Sequence record: SRR20825006_260
DNA length: 48,782 nt
Reading direction: 5' to 3' (one strand)
Shown here: positions 37,626 through 45,549 of the stretch, in pieces
Layout of the letters: each line of letters starts with the position of its first letter
Position numbering within the stretch: the stretch's first letter is position 1
Position numbers and translations under genes: made by a program
Notes under the pieces: generated by a model
Databases searched by the model: none
What the model was told of the DNA's origin: nothing
What the model saw: only the letters and a program-made list of their open reading frames with translations

Positions 37626-39221
37626 CTAGAATCCGTAGGTCAGCTGAAGTCGCAGTGATTGCGCAGGTTTGGCGGAGATGCCCTGCGCCACGTTGTCCAA
37701 CCCTGCAAGTGGGAACAGGACCGCGTAGTCGAGGCCAAGGCCAAACTTATCCCGGCTCAGGTACGTGATCGAAGGATCGAGTTCGACGCCCAGCGGCTCC
37801 GCGCCCCCTGGCGTCGAAGAGCTGTAAATCGCGCGCGATGCGACCGCGGCGAAGTCGAACCTGAGCACCCCGGCGGTCGCCTTCCACGCATCCCAGCTGA
37901 TGTGTGGGCGCAAGTAGAAGGCGCCCGTCACCGTCCCGATGATCTCTCGGAAGAGGATCTGATCGATGCGATAGTCGGGGTGAAAGCGGAAGTTGTTGAC
38001 CGAGTTATCGTAGGGCGGGTTTGCCTGCGAACCCTCGAGATCGCCGGGTCGCCCGGGCGTTTGCTCGAGCGATGGCGAGGCGCCAAACCCATAGGCAGAA
38101 TCACCGCTGGCGACGCCGAGATCGAGGCCGCCCTTAAAGCGCCCCTGGTGTGGACCGAAGTCCGTCTCGAGCGCAGCACCAAACTGCGTCGAGAGCGACG
38201 GAACATCGAAGCGCGTCCCTGGCACTACAGAGGTCTCACCGATCCTCGCGCGGAGCACAGCGACCTCGCCCTCGACGCGAAAGTTCGGCCCGACAAGGCG
38301 AAGCCAGACATCGTAGGCTTGCGCGCTGAAGTTGCGTTCGATGACCTGCGCGTCGTCGATCTCGACTGGCTCGGTGGTCGGCACGTAGGTGGCAGGGATA
38401 TCGTTTCGCTGCCAACGATGCGAGAACACGGCGCCGTAATCGAAGGTGACCTTGCCCGCGTTGTTGCGGCGGTTTAGCGCGAGCGCGTCGCGTTGGCGCA
38501 GGAACGCGAAGTTGACCGTATGCAGATTATCACTGCGCCCGAGGTCGATCTCTCGCGTCTCGACCTTTCGCGTCGCCGTGGGACCGACCCAACCGATATC
38601 GTAGGCGACCGCGACGAAGTGATTCCAACGCGAGGTCACGAACGCGATGCGATCTGCGGCGTCGCCCGAGTCACACTGGAGGCAATCTCCACCGTTGGAG
38701 AGCATCCCCAAACCCCAGGTGTTCCCCATACGTCCTGCGGCGATCACACCGAACGGCGTGAGCGCCTCGCCCCAGACGCGCTTGAGCCGAAAGACGCGCT
38801 CTCTGGGAGGATCTTGCGATGTGGTCGTCGAGGGAATCCCGCGCGGCGTCGAGCCGAGCGTGAGGTTATCGACCACGTCGATGCGCGAGTTCACGCGGAC
38901 CTGGCCGAACGGCGCGTAGAGCGAGAGATCGGTGCGAAAGCGCGCGTCCGAGTGATTCAAACGTTGCGCGGTAGGATCACCGAGCGGCACGGGATAGAGC
39001 GGCAACCCCGATGGCGTCAGGCCATGATCGAGGTCGAGGTTGTAGAGCGACTCTCCGCGCAACCTCAAGAAGCCGCTGATATCCACAGCCGACTCATTGC
39101 CGATGTTATCGAGCCCCTGACCGATTTCGGAGAACTCGGTGGCGCTAGCCGAATGAGACGTGCACATCAGCGCGATGAGCGTGGTGATGGCGGCGAGGTT
39201 CTGGAGCAAACGATGGCTCAC
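37626..39221 (-). CDS. outer-membrane beta-barrel protein (TIGR04551-like)
   Basis: Signal peptide, SGFLRLRGE, KRVWGEALTPFG..AGRM..WGLGML.N.G, FRFHPDYRIDQILFREIIGTV, amphipathic strands and terminal TYGF. GTGA overlap with the upstream stop. Confidence 0.8.
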   Translation of the reverse strand: MSHRLLQNLAAITTLIALMCTSHSASATEFSEIGQGLDNIGNESAVDISGFLRLRGESLYNLDLDHGLTPSGLPLYPVPLGDPTAQRLNHSDARFRTDLSLYAPFGQVRVNSRIDVVDNLTLGSTPRGIPSTTTSQDPPRERVFRLKRVWGEALTPFGVIAAGRMGNTWGLGMLSNGGDCLQCDSGDAADRIAFVTSRWNHFVAVAYDIGWVGPTATRKVETREIDLGRSDNLHTVNFAFLRQRDALALNRRNNAGKVTFDYGAVFSHRWQRNDIPATYVPTTEPVEIDDAQVIERNFSAQAYDVWLRLVGPNFRVEGEVAVLRARIGETSVVPGTRFDVPSLSTQFGAALETDFGPHQGRFKGGLDLGVASGDSAYGFGASPSLEQTPGRPGDLEGSQANPPYDNSVNNFRFHPDYRIDQILFREIIGTVTGAFYLRPHISWDAWKATAGVLRFDFAAVASRAIYSSSTPGGAEPLGVELDPSITYLSRDKFGLGLDYAVLFPLAGLDNVAQGISAKPAQSLRLQLTYGF

Positions 39222-40291
39222 GGTGACACCTCGTCGTCTTCGCTCGTCACACCGGGGGTGTCGTAGCCACGAGGCTCGACGGAGACATCCTCGTCAGGTT
39301 GCGCTGGCGCGACCGGCTCGACCACAGGCTTCACGTTGTCCACAGGAGTGGTGGTCGCGGGCGCCTCGAGATCCTTTGCCAGGAACGCGGCGAGCGCGTC
39401 GGTCGAGGGGTGATACGCCTCGATCATGGGGAAATGCCCACATTGACCGAAGACCTCGAGCTCGGCGTTTGGCAACTGACGCACGAGCTTCTCACCGACC
39501 CACAGCGGCGTGACCTGATCCTCGCGTCCCCATAACAGGAGCGTGGGCTGGTCGATCTCGGAGTAGCGATCCTGGACGAGTTCGTAGCGCTGTCCTCGCA
39601 CCGCGGCGAGCGCTGCGGCGCGGGTGCCAGGGCGATCGAGCTGCGCCTCGACGTCCTCGACGAGCGCCTCGGTGATGATCGTCTTGTCGTAGAACGCGCC
39701 AGAGATCTTGATCCCTGGCTGCTCCTTGTAAAAGAGCGCGAAGAGCACCTCTCCGAGCGCGGCGGTGCGAGACCAGAGGAAGAAGGTCGGAAGCTGCTCG
39801 GCGTAGACCCAGGCGTCATAGAGGACCAGGCGACGGAAGCGGTCCGGCGCCTGTAGGATCGTCGCCAACGCCACCGAAGATCCCCACGAGTGCGCCACGA
39901 TGGCGACAGGCTCCTTGACCTCAAGGTGTTCGAGCAACCCGAGGATGAGCTCGCCCTGTGCTTCAGGGGAGTAATCTCCGCGAGGGCGATCGGTCCAGCC
40001 AAACCCCTTGAGGTCGAGCGCGATGACGCGATGTCCCTGCGCGGTGAGCACGGGGATGATCCCACCCCAGGTGTTAAGCGAGGCGGCGAACCCGTGGACG
40101 AGCACCACGGGCGCCTTCCCCTCCTTGTTCACATCGACGTAGCGCACGCGCGCGTCCTCGATGGGCGCGAAGGTGGCGTCCTCAGGCTCTCCGGGCATGG
40201 CGCCCTGGTGATGCGCGAGGCAACCCGAGAGCACCATGGCCAGAAGTGCGCACGCCATGCGCATCACATATGGGTGGGTGGCGAGGTTCAC
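39218..40291 (-). CDS. lipid-anchored alpha/beta hydrolase (esterase/lipase/depolymerase-like)
   Basis: Lipobox LSGC, oxyanion VHGF, nucleophile AHSWG, WGREDQVTP (Asp) and CGHFP (His). 4-bp overlaps at both ends. Confidence 0.85.
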   Translation of the reverse strand: MNLATHPYVMRMACALLAMVLSGCLAHHQGAMPGEPEDATFAPIEDARVRYVDVNKEGKAPVVLVHGFAASLNTWGGIIPVLTAQGHRVIALDLKGFGWTDRPRGDYSPEAQGELILGLLEHLEVKEPVAIVAHSWGSSVALATILQAPDRFRRLVLYDAWVYAEQLPTFFLWSRTAALGEVLFALFYKEQPGIKISGAFYDKTIITEALVEDVEAQLDRPGTRAAALAAVRGQRYELVQDRYSEIDQPTLLLWGREDQVTPLWVGEKLVRQLPNAELEVFGQCGHFPMIEAYHPSTDALAAFLAKDLEAPATTTPVDNVKPVVEPVAPAQPDEDVSVEPRGYDTPGVTSEDDEVSP

Positions 40292-41301
40292 TGCGCGAGC
40301 CTCCTGACCTCGGAGGCGGTGGTGAACTCGACCTCGTCCTCGTCATCCTCGCTCACGATGGTGGCGACGGTGCCAAAGCACTCGGAGACAAAGGCGTAGG
40401 TGCGGATCTTGGTGGTGTAGAAGCCGATGGTGCGATCGAGCTCGACGCGAACGCGCAGGACCTCGAGGTCGCCGTAAGGCGTGCGGAGCGTGCCCCTGGC
40501 GTCGACCTGTGAGGAGTACTCCTCGTCGTAGATGCTGTAGACCCCCTGCGCCAAGCCGGAGACCTCGGAGTCCGTGGTCCAGGAGGCGTCCACCTCGAGC
40601 GGGAAGGAGAGGATCTCGACGGGAGGGTCGTAGGTCAGGTTGGTCTCGGAGAAGCCATCCTCTGGCGACACGACGCCGAGCAAAAGCAGCGCGTCATCGG
40701 TGATCTGGAAGACGCCGAGCAAATTCGACGAATCACTGAGCGGCGTGACGTAAGACGCGTCGGGGAAGTCGGTGGAGAACCACTTGTTCTTGGGGTCACG
40801 CGCCTCGACGATCACGAGGTGATCGTTGGCGAGTTCGACGTTCAGGTCCCAGATGCGGTTGCCATTCTCGCCCATTTCGCCAGCGGTGTTGACCTCGGTG
40901 TCATTGGCGACCTTGTAGGTGGCGCGAAGACCAGACCGAAGCGGCACCTCCTGGCGCGTGATCACCCCGTCCTTGTTGGGGCGACAGACCCTGGGGTCGG
41001 CGTTGGGCGTGCCCATATCGCCTTGCGAGGTGTTGTTGCCGTTCATGTCGATGACATCGCCGCCCATATCGGATGGGGGCGTCGTGATGTTCATGTCACC
41101 GCTGGAGGTGTTGTTCGCGCTGGTGTTGTTCTCACCGCCGAGATCGTCGCCAGCCATGTCCTCGGACATGTCGGGGACGAAAGAGGTGAACCCCTCGTCA
41201 TCGCGCGGATCGTCTGTGGGGACGCACGCGGTGGCGAACGCGGATAGTGTGGCAATGCAACATACGCAGAGAGCGCGCATGAATGGGTGCTTCATCGTCA
41301 T
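40288..41301 (-). CDS. lipoprotein A of the PHA-linked envelope module
   Basis: Lipobox ATAC, DM/NNT low-complexity linker, and a domain paralogous to 36746-37606. Confidence 0.8.
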   Translation of the reverse strand: MTMKHPFMRALCVCCIATLSAFATACVPTDDPRDDEGFTSFVPDMSEDMAGDDLGGENNTSANNTSSGDMNITTPPSDMGGDVIDMNGNNTSQGDMGTPNADPRVCRPNKDGVITRQEVPLRSGLRATYKVANDTEVNTAGEMGENGNRIWDLNVELANDHLVIVEARDPKNKWFSTDFPDASYVTPLSDSSNLLGVFQITDDALLLLGVVSPEDGFSETNLTYDPPVEILSFPLEVDASWTTDSEVSGLAQGVYSIYDEEYSSQVDARGTLRTPYGDLEVLRVRVELDRTIGFYTTKIRTYAFVSECFGTVATIVSEDDEDEVEFTTASEVRRLAQ

Positions 41302-41338
41302 ATCGAACCTCGCAGGAGACGCTTCGTTGCGTCAATGC

Positions 41339-41539
41339 TGCAATGCAAAATATGCAGCGTGGAGAATGGTTAACAACGGGTGGTATGAATGTCAACTGTT
41401 TTTGCAGCTGCAAAAAACAGTTCTTTGGCCGCCTTACGTGCTGTGGCGGTGAAAAAGTCGGGCCTTTCAATGGGAGACCCCATAAAGTATGCTGCCGCGA
41501 TGCAATGAGCGCAGCGCGCGACGGCTGCATCGCAACGCA
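41339..41539. promoter_or_regulatory. cluster of putative PhaR operator boxes in the divergent promoter
   Basis: TGCAATGCA 41339, palindromic TGCAGCTGCA 41403, CGCGATGCA 41496, TGCATCGCA 41526 and CGCAACGCA 41531. Confidence 0.6.
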
Positions 41540-41568
41540 ACAAAAACAAGGATTTCCGGGCTGGCGCC

Positions 41569-42273
41569 ATGATCACGATCAAAAAATACAGCAATCGTCG
41601 TCTCTATGACACATCTCAAAGTCAGTATGTGACGCTCGAGGAGTTGGCTGACCGCATCCGCGATGGCGCGGACGTGCGCGTGGTGGATGCCAAGAGCAAC
41701 GAGGACCTGACCCAAGGCGTGCTCGCGCAGATCATCATCGAGAGCCGCGGGGCGGGGAAGTTGTTGCCGACGAAGATGCTCATGCAGCTTATTCGCATGG
41801 AGGATGACGTGTTGGCGGAGTTCTTCGGGCAGTACATGTCCTGGGCGCTCTCGATGTATTTGCGTATGAAGCAGACGCGCCAGCGCATCTCGCCATTCGG
41901 TCAGCAGTCGCCGTTCGGCGCGCCGAATCCGTTCTCGCAGTGGCTCGGCAGCCTGTACAACTGGCCTGGGTTCCAGGGACAGCAGCCCGACTTCCCGATC
42001 GATCCCTCGAACGCGCCGCCCTACCCCACGCCAGGCAATATGCCGGACTTCGAGCCAGAATACGAACCGGAGCCCACGCCAGAACCAGCGCCCGCGCCAG
42101 AGCCCAAGTCTGCGGCAAAGGCCCCCAAAAAACAGGCGCCCGTGGCGCGAGCAAGCGCCGAAGAGCCCGAGCCGGAGGAGAAGTCCGACGAGGTCTCACA
42201 GATGCGCCAGGAGCTCGACGAGCTCAAGGAGCTGCTCAAGCAAGTGGCGCTCAATCAGGCGAAACAATCCTGA
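41569..42273 (+). CDS. phaR: PHA synthesis regulator PhaR
   Basis: IKKYSNRRLYDTSQSQYVTLEEL...VVDAKSNEDLT..VLAQII, the canonical PhaR DNA-binding domain, then a Pro-rich linker and coiled-coil tail. Confidence 0.92.
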   Translation: MITIKKYSNRRLYDTSQSQYVTLEELADRIRDGADVRVVDAKSNEDLTQGVLAQIIIESRGAGKLLPTKMLMQLIRMEDDVLAEFFGQYMSWALSMYLRMKQTRQRISPFGQQSPFGAPNPFSQWLGSLYNWPGFQGQQPDFPIDPSNAPPYPTPGNMPDFEPEYEPEPTPEPAPAPEPKSAAKAPKKQAPVARASAEEPEPEEKSDEVSQMRQELDELKELLKQVALNQAKQS

Positions 42274-42301
42274 TTCCAACCGATTAACACCCCTCCTTTT
42301 G

Positions 42302-42523
42302 TGCAGCGCACACTCCCAACCTTCACGCTCGAGAGGATTTTTATTGCGACGCAACAAAAATCCTCTTGACGCAGCGCAACATCATCCCTATACCTTTTGA
42401 GCGTGGCCGGGGAGCCAGGGCGTTTCCAGTAAGCACCTGCCTGCCATAGCAACGGTGAAACGACGACGACTCGATGCGTTCTGGCTTCCCGCGCCGCACA
42501 TAAACAACGAATTTTGCAACGCA
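42302..42523 (+). promoter_or_regulatory. sigma70-like promoter with PhaR-type boxes upstream of the phasin-like gene
   Basis: TTGACG (42366)-N17-TATACC (42389). Boxes TGCAGCGCA 42302, TGCGACGCA 42345 (centre of a 35-bp near-palindrome, 42332-42366), CGCAGCGCA 42370 and TGCAACGCA 42515. Confidence 0.65.
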
Positions 42524-42598
42524 ATAGTAGCGCCGCAACATCGCGGCGCGTGCCGGCCCCACCGCGGGCTTTGCCGGCCAACGAGAAAGAGGGATGTC

Positions 42599-42874
42599 AT
42601 GAGCGAGAAAGCCACCAACTTCTTTGGCAAGTACACCGAGCAAGTCAACGCCATGTTCAAGGAGCAAGCTGGTGTCGTCGAGTCGATGACGAGCGAGTGG
42701 AACAAGGTTCGCGGCCAGGGCCTCGAGCAGGCGCAGGTCGTCATGGAGGACTACGCCAACCTCATGAAGCTCTCCTTCGAGTACCAGTCCACCCTCTTCC
42801 AGGACATGCAGAAGATGTCGGCGGATGCCATGCGCAACACCGCCGAGATGATGAACGTCACAAAGAACGCCTGA
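42599..42874 (+). CDS. putative phasin (PHA granule-associated protein), 91 aa
   Basis: GAGGGA RBS and ATG 42599. All-helical amphipathic Met/Gln/Glu-rich sequence between phaR and phaC2, under PhaR-type boxes. Confidence 0.6.
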   Translation: MSEKATNFFGKYTEQVNAMFKEQAGVVESMTSEWNKVRGQGLEQAQVVMEDYANLMKLSFEYQSTLFQDMQKMSADAMRNTAEMMNVTKNA

Positions 42875-42935
42875 GCGCCTTTGCGGACGTGACTTGTGGG
42901 CGCGAGCCTTAGGCAAATCCAGCAAGCTCGTGCTC

Positions 42936-43002
42936 CGAGGGGAGCCTCGACCGCGGTGTCCCGCCCTCGCAGGGGACGCTGCGGGGAGGCTCCCCTCGTT
43001 TT
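42936..43002 (+). terminator. intrinsic terminator after the phasin-like gene
   Basis: CGAGGGGAGCCTC ... GAGGCTCCCCTCG with further internal pairing, followed by TTTT. Confidence 0.65.
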
Positions 43003-43136
43003 ACGTTCACGTCTCGCTGCGAGGTCCTCGCGCGATCGAATCGATAAGACCATCCAGCCAGGCAAGAGGCGACGAGGCGCCGCGAATCGTTTCGCGCTCG
43101 TTGCCCAAAAGCCCAATCCAGACCAGGAGTTGTCTC

Positions 43137-44360
43137 ATGGAGACCGCCAAAGCAGCAGTTCCGTTCACGCCGCCACCGACCATCGCGGCGACCCCGAAGG
43201 ACACGATCTTTCGTGATGGCACCGCGTCGCTCTACCGCTTCCGCCCCACACCCGGCGGCGACGCGGACGCGACCAACATCCCCTTCTTGCTCGTCCCTTC
43301 GATGATCAACAAGTGGTACGTGCTCGATCTGCGGCCCGGGTTCTCGATGGCCGAGTCGATGGTCGAGCATGGCATCGACACCTACCTGCTCGATTGGGGG
43401 ACGCCAAACGACGAGGATCGCTACCTGAACTGGGAGTTGATCATCGCCAAGCTGGCGCGCATGGTCCGCCGCGTCAAACGCCACACGGGCGCCGACAAGG
43501 TCGCGCTGCTCGGCTACTGCATGGGCGGCACCCTGAGCAGCATCTACACCTCGCTGCACCAGGATGATGTCGCGGCGTTCATCAACCTGACGGCGCCGAT
43601 CGACTTCAGCAAGGGTGGCCTGCTGCGCACGCTCGTGGACGAGAAGTGGTTCGATCCTTACGCGATGACTGCGGCTGGCAACCTGCCCGCGCCTCAGATG
43701 GAGTCGGGCTTCACCTCGTTGCGCCCGACGAGCAAGTTCTCCAAGTGGATCATGTTCGCCGACAAGCGCAGCAAGCCTGGGTTTGTCGAGTCCTTCAACG
43801 CGCTCGAGCAGTGGGCAGGGGACAACATCCCCTTCCCCGCCGAGGCGTACCAGACCTACATCCACGAGCTCTACCAGCAGAACCTGCTCTATAAAGGGGA
43901 GCACTTCGTGGGTGGCAAGCGCGCCGACCTGGCAAACATCACCTGCCCTGTGCTCACGGTGGTGGCAAGCCGCGATACGATCTGTCCCGCGGAGGCAGCC
44001 ACGGCCATGAACGACCTGGTCAGCTCCGAGGATCAGAGCGTGCTCACCATCGGCGGCGGTCACGTCGGCGCGGTGGTCGGTTCGCGCGCGCCAAAGCAAC
44101 TCTATCCTGCCGTCGCCGAGTGGCTCATCGAGCGCTTTGGCAAGGACGCCGCGCCCGCGCTGCGCGAGGTGGACGCCGAGGAAGACGCCGGCGAGGAGCT
44201 CGAGCCAATGGAAGCGCGCACGCGCGAGCTCGAGGATATGACCGTGGCGCAACTTCGCCGCGTTCTGCGCCAGCATGACATCGTGACCTCGGGCAACAAG
44301 GCCGAGCTCGTCGCGCGCATCGTCGCGCACGAGTTCGGATTGAGCGGCGAGGACGAGTGA
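43137..44360 (+). CDS. phaC: class III-type PHA synthase (PhaC2) with C-terminal SAP-like domain
   Basis: AGGAG RBS and ATG 43137. LLVPSMINKWYVLDL, YLLDWG, GYCMGG, RDTI and GGHVG; tail LEDMTVAQLRRVLRQHDIVTSGNKAELVARI. Confidence 0.88.
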   Translation: METAKAAVPFTPPPTIAATPKDTIFRDGTASLYRFRPTPGGDADATNIPFLLVPSMINKWYVLDLRPGFSMAESMVEHGIDTYLLDWGTPNDEDRYLNWELIIAKLARMVRRVKRHTGADKVALLGYCMGGTLSSIYTSLHQDDVAAFINLTAPIDFSKGGLLRTLVDEKWFDPYAMTAAGNLPAPQMESGFTSLRPTSKFSKWIMFADKRSKPGFVESFNALEQWAGDNIPFPAEAYQTYIHELYQQNLLYKGEHFVGGKRADLANITCPVLTVVASRDTICPAEAATAMNDLVSSEDQSVLTIGGGHVGAVVGSRAPKQLYPAVAEWLIERFGKDAAPALREVDAEEDAGEELEPMEARTRELEDMTVAQLRRVLRQHDIVTSGNKAELVARIVAHEFGLSGEDE

Positions 44361-44522
44361 GGCCTGCTATCGCCTCGCCGATCGATCCTGCCGATCTCGG
44401 CATAGGGAAATGGCCGGGTAACCTGTAAGATTTCGCTCCAGAGAATGAAAAGTCCCGGCGTCTGGCGCCGGATTTCTGGAGGGTGCGTGTGTGTACCCTC
44501 GCTTGCAAGAAAGGAAGAGAAG

Positions 44523-45287
44523 ATGAACCTGAACGAGATGCACATCATCGTCACGGGCGCAGCCAGCGGGCTGGGCCGTTGCTTCACCGAAGAGCTCGTG
44601 CGCGGCGGCGCCAAGGTCATGGCCTGTGACCTCAACGAAGAGGGCCTCGCGGCGCTCAAGTCGGAGCTCTCCGAGCAAGGCACGATCGAGACCTTCGTGG
44701 CGGATGTCTCCAACGAAGAGCAAGTCGTGGCGCTTGTCCAGGCGACCGCGGACGCGTTCGATGGCAAGGTCAACGGCCTGGTGAACAACGCCGGGATCTT
44801 CCGCGACTCGCTGCTCGTCTCCAAGAGCCGCAAGACCGGTGAGATCCGCAAGATGAGCCTCGATGACTGGCAAAAAGTCATCGACGTCGACCTCACGGGT
44901 CCTTTCCTTTGCACCCGCGAAGTCGCCGCGCACATGGTCGAGAACGGCAACAAGGGCGTCATCGTCTCCATCTCGTCGGTCTCTCGCGCGGGCAACCGCG
45001 GTCAGTCGAACTACTCGGCTGCAAAAGCTGGCCTGGTGGCAGACACCAAGCTGTGGGCCGAGGAGCTCGCGCGTTACGGCGTGCGCACGGGCGCAGTTGC
45101 TCCTGGCTTCACGCAGACGCCTATCCTGGACGCGATGCGCGACGAGATGCTCGAGAAGATCGTCTCCGGCGTGCCTCTTCGCCGCACGGGAACGCCCTTC
45201 GAGATCTGGCAAGCGGTCAAGTTCATCATCGAGTGTGACTACTTCACCGGCCGCTGCGTCGACGTGGACGGTGGCCTCACGGTCTGA
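44523..45287 (+). CDS. fabG: 3-oxoacyl reductase (SDR; FabG/PhaB-like)
   Basis: TGAASGLG, NNAGI, SISS, YSAAK and VAPGF motifs. ATG 44523. Confidence 0.85.
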   Translation: MNLNEMHIIVTGAASGLGRCFTEELVRGGAKVMACDLNEEGLAALKSELSEQGTIETFVADVSNEEQVVALVQATADAFDGKVNGLVNNAGIFRDSLLVSKSRKTGEIRKMSLDDWQKVIDVDLTGPFLCTREVAAHMVENGNKGVIVSISSVSRAGNRGQSNYSAAKAGLVADTKLWAEELARYGVRTGAVAPGFTQTPILDAMRDEMLEKIVSGVPLRRTGTPFEIWQAVKFIIECDYFTGRCVDVDGGLTV

Positions 45288-45306
45288 TGAATAGGCGCCT
45301 CGCGCC

Positions 45307-45381
45307 CAGCTATTTATTTTTGAATAGCTGAACAAATGTGGCGATGTCGCTCCCTCGAGGAGCAACATCGCCACATTTGTT
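45307..45381 (+). terminator. tandem hairpins after the reductase gene
   Basis: CAGCTATT...AATAGCTG (45307-45330), then AACAAATGTGGCGATGTCGCTCC...GGAGCAACATCGCCACATTTGTT (45331-45381) followed by T's. Confidence 0.6.
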
Positions 45382-45549
45382 TTCAGGGTGACCGAATGAT
45401 TCCGCAGTCCTTTTCGAGCGTTTGCAGAAGCATTTTGGGGCATCGGCCAAAGACTGTTATCCTCGGACGTACTTTCAGATATGCGCTCGAGCGACCGGAT
45501 TGGAGCTGGTTGCGCCGCGCCACGTTTACCTTCGTCATGGAGAGGGGAC

